A stretch of 63,219 nt of DNA, filler included, from Octopus bimaculoides (Eukaryota), in assembly GCF_001194135.2 (NCBI RefSeq). It is 4 parts of 4 records of this genome, joined end to end, with 100 filler letters (N's around TTAATTAATTAA, not from the genome) between each part and the next. Parts side by side here need not be neighbours in the genome. Positions count along the whole stretch, not along the records: positions 19,068 to 37,816 come from NC_068981.1; positions 37,917 to 61,929 come from NC_068983.1; 2 more parts are not named here. The stretch is one strand, 5' to 3'. Both the position numbers and the translations under genes were made by a program. The notes under the pieces were generated by a model. That model did not search any database and was not told the origin of the DNA. It saw only the letters and a list, made by a program, of their open reading frames with translations. This document shows, piece by piece, positions 36,218 through 46,510 of the stretch; position 1 is the stretch's first letter, and each line of letters opens with the position of its first letter.

Positions 36218-36659
36218 TTTTCTAAGCACAAGGCCTGAAATCTTTGGGGAGGGGGCCAGTCGATTAGATCGATCCTCAGTACACAACTGGTATTTAATTT
36301 ATCGACCCCAAAAGGATGAAAGGTAAAGTTGCCCTCAACAGAATTTGAACTCAGAATGTAAAGACAGGCAAATTACCGCTAAGTGTTTTACCCGGCGTGC
36401 TAACGATTCTGCCAGCTCACCGCCTTTGTATAGTTTGATATTCTTTTCTACTCTAGGCTCAAGGCCTGAAATTTTGGGGGAGGGGCAAGCCAATTAGATT
36501 GACCCTAGTACACAATTGGTACTCAATTTATCAACCTCAACCCCGAAAAGATGAAAGGCAGTCGACCTCAGCAGAATTTGAACTCAGAACGCAAAGACAG
36601 ATGAAATATCACTAAGCATTTTGCCTGGCATGCTAACGTTTCTGCCAGCTCGCCACTTT
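36218..36659 (-). mobile_element. Head-to-tail SINE family B dimer flanked by a 17-bp target-site duplication
   Basis: Two copies (36218-36425, 36440-36659). ATAACCTGGGATAATCC at 36201-36217 and 36660-36676. Confidence 0.8.
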
Positions 36660-37626
36660 ATAACCTGGGATAATCCATGATTATTATGATCGTATTATGA
36701 ATGTTATATGTGTATAATTACTTCCTGTAATTATGATTGTCATTATGTGTATAATTACTCCCTCCACTGATGACAACAATTGAAACACATTGGCATATCT
36801 GGGGCAAAGTTTTATTTGTTTTAATACCATTAGTAATATTTCCTGATATATTTTGAAAATAGTCTTTTTTATGTAAAGAATATAAAGTTTTGAATGGTAC
36901 AACAATGCCCTATAATACAAAAATGGACTATATACCTGTTGTAATTTCGTTATCTATAGTCCGATGATATTTCGGAATACAATTCCTTCTTTGGATATTC
37001 TTAGATGGAGTCTCTGCTATAAACTGTTTACTAATGGCTTTTCTTTTTTTTTTTTTTCGGAAGCGTCTCAGTAGTGGTTTCACGAAGCTCCTTCCGGAAT
37101 TCCTCATGAGAAGCGCGTGAGGTCGGCTATGTTTCAATCTCGTGTGTGCTGGTACATCTGTAGCGCCGCTTCTAAGTTTTGTGTTATACGTGCAGCTTCT
37201 CTTTTTTTTTTTTTGTTATAAACAATATATGAGAATGAACCTACACACGTCCAGATGTAGCTAAATAATACATTGATTACCAATCTCCAGCCTGTTGTTA
37301 ATTTGGGGTCCTAGTCTGTGTATGAGTAATGCTTCTTATGTTTTATGTCACTGAAATAGAAATTTAGCTACCAATAATTGCTCACAATATTCCGGCAGAA
37401 AATACCTTGGGTAAAAAAAAAAAAAAAAAAAAAAATTGGACTGAGTCACTCACATGAACTTAGTTTTGAGCCTGTTGTGATAACCTCAACACCAGAGAGA
37501 CCTGCTTATTTTCAACCATCAAATTAGAGGTTTTAATCTTTCAAGCAAAAAAATTATTTTTACAGTTTGTATCTTTGAAGAATTGAGAAATTTGAAAACA
37601 ATACATTGATATACACATGCACACAC

Positions 37627-37816
37627 ATCATCATCATCATCATCATCGTTTAACGTCCGCTTTCCATGCTAGCATGGGTTGGACGATTTGACTGAGGACT
37701 GGTGAAACCGGATGGCAACACCAGGCTCCAGTCTAATTTGGCAGAGTTTCTACAGCTGGATGCCCTTCCTAACGCCAACCACTCAGAGAGTGTAGTGGGT
37801 GCTTTTACGTGTCACC
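37627..37816 (-). mobile_element. RTE 3'UTR-derived repeat running into a spacer
   Basis: (CAT)n-CGTTTAACGTCCGCTTTCCATGCTAGC; nearly identical to 25078-25270. Confidence 0.85.
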
Positions 37817-37916
37817 NNNNNNNNNNNNNNNNNNNNNNNNNNNNNNNNNNNNNNNNNNNNTTAATTAATTAANNNNNNNNNNNNNNNNNNNNNNNNNNNN
37901 NNNNNNNNNNNNNNNN
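37817..37916. other. Artificial 100-bp scaffolding spacer
   Basis: 44N + TTAATTAATTAA (37861-37872) + 44N. Confidence 0.9.
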
Positions 37917-38344
37917 TCTCTCTCTTTCTCTCTCTCTCTCTCTCTACCGATTACTCCATCTTTCCTTCCTTGTCTCTTTTCATCCGTCCTTCCAACACTA
38001 CACGTTCTTTCATTTTCCACGTCACCTTTCCCTCTAGTTAATCTTCCATTATCCCTTCAATTTTTCATTCCATCCATCTTCCAATACTTACTCCTTCCCA
38101 TCATTCACCTTTCCTTATCTCTCTGAAATCATTCACTATCTTTCAATATTTCCATCTTTTCTTCCGTCTGCCTTCCTTCCATTTTTACTTTCACACTTTC
38201 ATCATCCAGTTTACTTCCCATTTTTCTTCAACCTTCCATTTACACTCACCCTTCTATCTACCCCATATTATATCCACCAAACCATTCATTCATCTACCCA
38301 TGTTTTCGGTGTGTTGTTTGCTCAAAATCTGTTGTCGTTCTTAC

Positions 38345-38382
38345 TGTTGTTCGTTTGTTCGTCTTATCGTCTGCTCAGTCAT
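38345..38382 (-). CDS. SLC16-like: Candidate first coding exon of the SLC16-like gene (MTEQTIRRTNEQ-Q)
   Basis: ATG at 38382 (context AAAGAA-ATG), 12 codons plus CA, then a strong donor GTAAGA (38344-38339). Phase 2 matches the phase-2 acceptor at 2336, giving MTEQTIRRTNEQQSAEVSEPV. It lies at the CpG transition, next to a promoter-like region. Confidence 0.55.
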
Positions 38383-38432
38383 TTCTTTANNNNNNNNNNA
38401 TATATTCAAATGTACAAACTTACATCCTGTGT

Positions 38433-38469
<37 letters not shown>

Positions 38470-38940
38470 GTTATTCCCCACCGACACCCACACAGACATG
38501 CTTCCTCGAGCTATCTTTTAGCATCATTTCTCATCTAATGCTGTGCCCTCTTTCTTTATATTCGCCTTCCATTCACCTAAATATCCATTTATTCTTCTAT
38601 TCATAAATCTAAACTATTCACTCTACTATTTACTTTTCCTTTATTTATCTATCAACCTATACCACTCTCTCCCTCTGTCTCACACACACACAATATACAA
38701 ACGCGCACATACACATGCACATACGCATACAGATCTACACACTTGTATACAAATCTATTTACACATAAACATAAAAACACACACACACACATATATATCG
38801 ATGAACTTACGCATACACACGCACAAATATTTTATCAACTCTTCGATTGAATAATTACTCTGTTATAATAGATAGTACTCATTGAATAATGGTCGTTTTA
38901 GTTAACTAAGATCCATGTACATACATACATACATACATAC

Positions 38941-39042
38941 ACTGTTGTTGATGTTGAAATTCCAATGCAAGAGCCTTGGATCTGGGTTAGAAACCGGTTC
39001 TTTCTCTACTGGCAAGAAATCTTGAAATAAACTGAATAATGA
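38941..39042 (+). mobile_element. R4/Dong family 1 terminal 3'UTR fragment
   Basis: GATGTTGAAATTCCAATG...GTTAGAAACCGG...CTGAATAATGA-CACACACATAC. Confidence 0.75.
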
Positions 39043-39099
39043 CACACACATACACACACACACTTTTACACGCACATTTAAGTGAGCAAATGAAAAGTA

Positions 39100-39420
39100 A
39101 GATACACGCAATATATTGCGTAGAGTTTGTATTTGCAAGCAAGAAAATCTTTTAGCGATGCTGTTCGCCTCGAATCGTGAGAAAATTTCGAATGCCAATT
39201 CCGGCCAGAGCGATGTAATGGGACATCTTCCGGTGTTCTAATGCTGTTTCCGGCTGTAACGAGAGATATTTTAAATTACCAGCGTAATTGAGACTCCATT
39301 TGCAATACAGATATCAAAAGGGAAACATATCAATATTGATTAATAATCAATTAATATGAAAAGTGGGAATTAATGGGCCAAATACAAATGCGGAACCAAT
39401 CACAAAGAAATGATTAATTC
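39100..39420 (-). promoter_or_regulatory. Candidate housekeeping-type promoter of the SLC16-like gene
   Basis: CpG-retaining non-repeat sequence with three TTCCGG ETS-like cores (39199-39204, 39227-39233, 39247-39253) and CCAATCA (39396-39402), ~0.8 kb upstream of the candidate ATG. Confidence 0.4.
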
Positions 39421-40384
39421 CTTTTGCTTTGCTAATGTAAAGAATCAATTTATTATAATTAAAAATAAGATAAGGGAAATAACTGATATGGACCAATGAC
39501 ATGAATTTGGGTAAATACGTTGATGATACAATTAAGGAATGTCACACAGAAAAAAAAAACTGTAAATTTGAGTAAGATAAAAACAGCTTTGCGGTAATAG
39601 TTATCGGCTCTCAAAGAAGAGAAGATAATTTCAAAAATGAAGAATTAATCTTTTTTAATTTTTTTTTTTCAATTAATTTACATGTTTACGAGGAAAACNN
39701 NNNNNNNNATGATCGAAATATCAATTATGTCAAGCTAATGAAGCCTAATACAATCGAAACATGTCCATACCTATGTTCTTGCGCCCGAACAACAAAAAGG
39801 TTTTTAATTTTTTTTTTTTTTTTTCAATAGGCGCAGGAAGGGCTGTGTGGTAAGAAGTTTGCTTCCGATATAGCGTTTGTCAGATTGTGGATTTTGAGTG
39901 TAACACATGTGGTTTTTGGTTGTCTTGGCGGTGTGATGTTTTTATTCTTATTTAATAGAGGGGCGTCGGGTGAGGAGTTGCGAAAGTTTGAATTGTCTGC
40001 CCGAATACCTTCGTTGTATAGTGGCAGACCCAGCATAAATATCAAGATTAAAGGAAAACCATGACTATAAGTGCTGGGTCAAGAAATTGGACACCAGCTC
40101 AATGCCTAAGCAAGTAAGTGTTTATGATATTTTAAAGAAACACAATGTAGATATCCTTCAGACGAATGATAATTAGCTGTCGTTAATAATTGAATTAGAA
40201 ACTAGTGTTTTAAGAAAAAAAAATGTTGTATTAACAGGTTCAATGAAGTCGCTCGGGGGTGGGGGCCGAACGGCTTTATTTCATCTTCCATTATATTAAT
40301 TCATTCTTTCCATTCGTTTTTTTTTTTGTCCCCACCTTGTGCTGTCCCCACCTTGTGCTGTCCCCACCTTGTGCTGTCTCCTCT

Positions 40385-40682
40385 ATGTACGGCCTTCGTG
40401 GCCAATTTCATAAAATAAAGAAGCTTGCTTCCCAACCGGGTTCAGTCTCACTGCGTGATACCTTGGGCAAGTGTGTCTCTGTGTGTGTGTGTTTATGTTT
40501 GTATGTCTGTGGTTGTCCCCACTATCACTTGAGAACCGATACTGGCGTGTAGCAGTTCGGCAAAAGAGACCGATAGAATAAGTACTAAGCTTACAAAGAA
40601 TAAGTCCTGGGGTCGATTTGTTCGACGAGAGTCGGTGCTCCAGCATGGCCGCAGGCAAATGACTGAAACAAATAAAAGAATA
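40385..40682 (+). mobile_element. SINE family A (internally deleted); separate head fragment at 39826-39870
   Basis: AAGAAGCTTGCTTCCCAACCGGGTTCAGTC...GGGGTCGATTTGTTCGAC...GACTGAAACAAATAAAAGAAT. Confidence 0.75.
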
Positions 40683-40829
40683 ACCAGGTAGATTAATTTT
40701 GTTTTCTTTCTCCACTTCAATTGGAAGTTGTGCGATGACTTGAAATATTAGATATTCCATCATAATGAGTCTCACATGGCAAACGCACGTCCTGAACACA
40801 GTAAAGACTGCATCTCATAAGGTTAGCCC

Positions 40830-41000
40830 TTCTCATCAGTATGGGAACATACTACAGGCCCTGACAGCTACCAGCACTCTACAAAGCTCGAATTAGAGCC
40901 ACAGTGGAGTAGCAGAAGTACTCCACAACTGAGTGCTACTCCTACATTTGGGACAGTGCTGCCACCATACACAAAGACTCCTTTTTTTTTGCTGGAAACA
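40830..41000 (+). mobile_element. Highly decayed CR1/Jockey-group LINE fragment
   Basis: LYKARIRATVE...YSYIWDSA resembles the RT C-terminal LYK..IRP.LEY...W motif. Confidence 0.4.
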
Positions 41001-42279
41001 AGACTGGTCGAAGAACGTTAAGCCCATGTAAATGTGTTAAAAATAGGCATATATGTAGAGATCTCATTGCCCGTATATTACAAGTGCCAGTGTGGTTACT
41101 CTTTATATAAGCATGTGTACGCGTGTATATTATATGCCCAAATATAATTTTGTCTATATGTTCATTCCAGACAACTGAAATAATGATTCATTAGAATATC
41201 TTATTAATATTAGCTATAACATTTTACGAATGCAAGTTGTTTTGCTCATATTTGGAAAACTCCAGCGTTTCTGGGCTGATATACAGACCTTTCATTACAT
41301 ATTCTACAGTATCGATGTTGCTTAGAAATAACTATCCAGAACCCGGATAAATGCGCTTCAAGCTTCGATTCGTTCACCTGATGTTTTCAATTTTCTGGAA
41401 CTAAAGCTGAGACTCTCTCACTGAACAGGTTAAATCTACAAAAATGTATGACATTTGTTCCTGATCCTATAATACAATATCAGCTGTGTTTGTGTTTGCA
41501 TCAGAATGTTGCTTTTATTAGAATGTTCCAGAAATATTCATTATTTTAAAAGGTGTTGATTCCTTTGGTTCTGGTGGAAAGCACTATAAAATAGTTCTGG
41601 CAATGAAGTTCAAATCTCAAGGAAAGTTAGTATCTTGGTGACATTTTTAAAACACTTCTGATGTGCGTGATATCTTCCACAAAAGTAGGGAACAAGTGAA
41701 TTCCCCTATCGCAACGTAAGGATCTGGGGGCATTGCTAGACCCTTTCATCTGTTTCTAAATCGTGAACGTGTATCCTATGTGGGATGTAATACATCTGTT
41801 ACCATTATAGAGAAACCTACTCTCTGTCGATGCATCGCTTTTGCAATCGCAAACCATGTATTTGCGCGCGCGCGCGCGTGTATGTATGTGTATCAGTTTC
41901 CCGAACACAAACTCCCTTTTCTCTCTTTCCATTTTCGTCCCCTCTCTTTCCTATAAAGCTAATCATTAATTGTTCTATCAACCAGAAAGATAACAATTTC
42001 CAAAGAAACTTTACTTAAATGCAGCTTGCAGACGCAACCAAGCGATGCAAGACTTTCTAATAGAGCGTTCTGGAGAGAACAACTGCTAACCAGAATATAC
42101 TATATCCATATGTATCTGCCATCTTCTTTTGCGTGTTCATATTTATGCGTTTGGTATTACTTGTGTGTGTCTGACTATGCGTTTTTGTCTAGATTGCAAA
42201 TGAGTAAAGACTAAGGCATAAAGATGTAGACGTGTGTGTGTGGGTGTGGGTGTGTGGGCGTGCGTGCGTGCGTGCGTGC

Positions 42280-42317
<38 letters not shown>

Positions 42318-42514
42318 TGCAATGCGAGATATCTGTGGGCAAATCAGTGGACAAAAGTTAATACATGCATGCGAACGCAGGTAGGTATAGTTTAAACGTA
42401 TCTTCTTAATGTGTGCGGAATTTTTTCTTTATTGCATACTTCATTACATATGTGTACGTATGTTTGAATTTTACTTTGCGAATCACTTTCTTTCTCTAAT
42501 ATGTGTGTATCTAT

Positions 42515-42680
42515 TTTCGTCTGTCTTTACGTTCTGAGTTCAAATTCCGCCGAGGTCGACTTTGCCTTTCGCCCTTTCGGGGTCGATAAACTAAGTACCA
42601 GTTGAGTACTGGGTCGATCTAATCGACTGCCCCCCCTCCCCGAAAATTTCGGGCCTTCTGCCAAAAGTAGAAAAGAATAT
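42515..42680 (+). mobile_element. SINE family B, 3' part (low divergence)
   Basis: TTCTGAGTTCAAATTCCGCCGAGGTCGACTTTGCC...AAAATTTCGGGCCTT...AGTAGAAAAGAAT. Confidence 0.85.
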
Positions 42681-43214
42681 ATATGTATATATGTGTTTAA
42701 TATATCGACTATACATATATATTTGATGTAGAGTGTTTCTATCTTAATAGAGTGGGCGGGGGACCAAAAATTACGCACAAAATAAGTTCAATACGCTCCG
42801 GAATTGTCAAATGCTTGTTTCATTTTTCTTAAAATTGAATAAAATAAATTAATACACATGAATAATGATGATGATGATAATCCTTCCTACTATTGGCACA
42901 AGGTTTGGAATTATTTGCATCGTTATAAACAAAACCTTTGTGTAGGTTTTTCAACAAAAAATTGCAGAACTGTCTTTCTCGGACTACGAGTCTACCATAC
43001 ATACATACATACAACAAATAATATGTGAGTATACGCATATATACGTACATGTATGTACATACCTAATAGATGCATATCTGGGTACAGGACATCACAAAGA
43101 AACGTGGACAGAATGTAAAACGAGAACTTAAACAGAGAACGGAAAACAAACGTTTTTTCGGACAACGGTAGGAACACACAGGAAAACAGACAGGCCACAT
43201 AGAGAACATTTCCA

Positions 43215-43340
43215 GCAAAAGAGACCGATCGAATAAGTACTAGGCTTACAAAGAATAAGTCCTGGGGTCGATTTGCTCGACTAAAAGCGGTGTTCCAGCG
43301 TGGCCGCAGTCAAATGACTGAAACAAGTAAATAAAAGAGT
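43215..43340 (+). mobile_element. SINE family A, 3' tail
   Basis: AAAAGAGACCGATCGAATAAGTACTAGG...GCCGCAGTCAAATGACTGAAACAAG. Confidence 0.8.
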
Positions 43341-43903
43341 ATATCTGATTTTGCTTGGAAGACTAAGATTCACCTTGTGTCTATATGGCATCTATCCCAG
43401 TTTGACTGAAAAAAATATTCACGTTTGTGATGCTAGCAGCTCGCCGACTGTGATTATCAATGCTTATCATAAAATCGACTAAATATGCACTTACACTTGT
43501 CCTGAAAGTAAACTCCTCAAATCATTTCAGTACGGTCTAAAGCATCTCTACTATTCCCCAATGCAGGAACCAAGGAAATCAGTTCCTCGCTCAATCTCAG
43601 TTAACTTCATTGATTGATTGCGTGTGTCCTGACGGCAATATCGGAAACTGCGGAAATTAGGAAGTTCAAATTACTTTTATGATCACTAAACGGCCATTAC
43701 TCTATGTAAACACAGAAGACGGTCTCTTTTTCTTTCAGTTCCTGAAATTTTATGAAGATAATAGAGCATTCCCTCAGTACCCACCACCATTGTATTTAAT
43801 CTCAATTTCAATTTTAATGAAGTGTCTCACTTTGGTGAAATAAACAACGGAGATGCTTTGCTCTTGCGGAAACTGGAGCTATTCAAAGGTGTTACAATCA
43901 TTT

Positions 43904-44120
43904 CTAAGTCCATTGCATTGATAGAAACTTTTCCGCATCATCGGCAAGTCTCTCAAAATCACAAGAGTTTCGCTCCTTAGGTTGTACGCTTCGCATGAGT
44001 GGAGGCACCTGCGGAAGAGTGCCACTTGCGGTCTCTAATCGAGCACACCTGCATTGAGCTGGTTTCAGCTGTCGTACCAATTTCCCTAATAAGTTACAGG
44101 TTTTATCGAGCAGAAGTTTT
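43904..44120 (-). CDS. Possible terminal coding exon of an unidentified gene (71 aa, KLLLDKTCNLLGKLVRQLKPAQCRCARL...DFERLADDAEKFLSMQWT*)
   Basis: Acceptor TACTATTTCATTCTTTTTAG ends at 44121. Open frame from 44119 to TAG at 43906-43904 in non-repetitive sequence. No family recognised. Confidence 0.25.
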
Positions 44121-44394
44121 CTAAAAAGAATGAAATAGTACTAATACAAAATTATCACCAACTACAAATTGTAAGAACTTCGTAACGGAACTTCTATTAA
44201 TGGCCATTGCTACAAGAATACTACAAGGAAACATTTTTTTTTATCTTGCATTTTTTGATTTTGCTTTTATATAAGAAATAATTCTTATTAGACCGAGCTC
44301 TATTCAGCATATTTGTTGGTGGAGCTTACGGTTATGAATTTATATTAGGTCCACATAAAGTAAAAAGCAGTAACCTCCACGACATAATTATCCC

Positions 44395-44640
44395 GAATTC
44401 TAGGACTGACAGGACTTGTAATCCGGTTTCCATAACACACAAGTGACTGAGATCACACTGTCACCCCCTGTATGAGACGCAACTCCATCGTATGGTTGCT
44501 CATTTGCAGCTGAGTGGACTGGAGCAATATGAAATGAAGCATTTTGCTCAAGAATTCAATGCACCGTGCAGGCCAGAAATCGAAATCAGAACCTTGGGAT
44601 TGTGAGTACAAAACTTTAACCTAACCACCAGGCCACATAA
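44395..44640 (-). mobile_element. SINE family C-related, decayed
   Basis: CAGCTGAGTGGACTGGAGCAATATGAAATGAAG...GAAATCGAAATC. Confidence 0.65.
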
Positions 44641-44919
44641 CTTCTCCACATAATGCGAAACGGGAAGGAATTACGTGTTATACGATAAGTGCAATCGGTT
44701 GCACACTGAAAAAGGGAAAGAAAGGGAAAATGATATTATGTCGACCATTTTAAAGAATATGCAAAGTTCGTTCCCTTCAAAACTGCGACCACATGGATGT
44801 AAGTTCCAATCGGTGTCACACGTCGCCCTGATCTTGCTGGCCTATAAGCAAGAATATTCCAATAGAAACTATTAAGGTGACTCTATCAAAGACCACAATG
44901 TGTGTGTATGTATGTACAC

Positions 44920-45113
44920 CAGGGGTGCTAAAAAGCTCCTGCGTTAGATAATAGAAACTACAGGTGGATCAGTTAATTATGATTCACACACTTATTGTAG
45001 TGGCCCTTCAAGTTGCTTTTCTAAGCCCTGCAAAAGAACTCGTAAGGTTCAGCTTCCAGCCAGCCTTTCGAGACACCCTGAAATCCAGGAACTTTTCAGC
45101 CCCACCACCACCA

Positions 45114-45118
<5 letters not shown>
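44920..45118 (-). mobile_element. Mariner-derived MITE
   Basis: Inverted ends CCAGGGGTGCTAAAAAGCTCCTG / CAGGAACTTTTCAGCCC; internal remnant resembles a transposase C-terminus (GLEK....NKCVN). Confidence 0.6.
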
Positions 45119-45199
<81 letters not shown>

Positions 45200-45468
45200 A
45201 TATATCTTTTGCGTGCATCTCTGAATATATGTGTGAAGTGGAATATTTCATGTAAGTGTGTGTGTGCGTATGTATATGTGTGTGTGTTTATGTGTGCATA
45301 TATATATATATATGTATATATTACATACAAAAATAAGAGGAATGACCAGCAAAAGTGGACTCCTATATGCTAGAAATAGATACCGAATCATCTTCGGATT
45401 TTTTTAATATGCTAAACCACTGGTTTTAATTGATTAATATCAATTTCTACCCTCATTAATAAATTTTA

Positions 45469-45505
<37 letters not shown>

Positions 45506-46510
45506 TCTTTTTTACTTGTTTCAATCATCTAACTACGCGCGCGCATGTATGTATACGTGTGCGTATATTTATATATATATACATTAGTAGTAGTATCTGT
45601 TGGAAATAAAATTAGCCGTGACTAGCAGTGTGTATTGNNNNNNNNNNNNNNNNNNNNNNNNNNNNNNNNNNNNNNNNNNNNNNNNNNNNNNNNNNNNNNN
45701 NNNNNNNNNNNNNNNNNNNNNNNNNNNNNNNNNNNNNNNNNNNNNNNNNNNNNNNNNNNNNNNNNNNNNNNNNNNNNNNNNNNNNNNNNNNNNNNNNNNN
45801 NNNNNNNNNNNNNNNNNNNNNNNNNNNNNNNNNNNNNNNNNNNNNNNNNNNNNNNNNNNNNNNNNNNNNNNNNNNNNNNNNNNNNNNNNNNNNNNNNNNN
45901 NNNNNNNNNNNNNNNNNNNNNNNNNNNNNNNNNNNNNNNNNNNNNNNNNNNNNNNNNNNNNNNNNNNNNNNNNNNNNNNNNNNNNNNNNNNNNNNNNNNN
46001 NNNNNNNNNNNNNNNNNNNNNNNNNNNNNNNNNNNNNNNNNNNNNNNNNNNNNNNNNNNNNNNNNNNNNNNNNNNNNNNNNNNNNNNNNNNNNNNNNNNN
46101 NNNNNNNNNNNNNNNNNNNNNNNNNNNNNNNNNNNNNNNNNNNNNNNNNNNNNNNNNNNNNNNNNNNNNNNNNNNNNNNNNNNNNNNNNNNNNNNNNNNN
46201 NNNNNNNNNNNNNNNNNNNNNNNNNNNNNNNNNNNNNNNNNNNNNNNNNNNNNNNNNNNNNNNNNNNNNNNNNNNNNNNNNNNNNNNNNNNNNNNNNNNN
46301 NNNNNNNNNNNNNNNNNNNNNNNNNNNNNNNNNNNNNNNNNNNNNNNNNNNNNNNNNNNNNNNNNTGTGTACATATATATAGTATATATATATATGTGTG
46401 TGCATATATATAGTGTATGTGTGTGTGTCTCCATATATATATTGTGCATATATGTGTAGATATATATTTTATATATACATATAATACATATATATAATGA
46501 ATATATATAT

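Noticed and set aside
38424-38499. Alternative first coding exon (ATG 38499 to GTAAGT donor 38423)
   Set aside because: It is 76 nt (phase 1), incompatible with the phase-2 acceptor at 2336, and runs through (GA)n. It could only be UTR.
41200-41810. Coding-like unique sequence
   Set aside because: All six frames that I translated have frequent stops and no recognisable motif; it is probably an old TE, but I cannot support a call.
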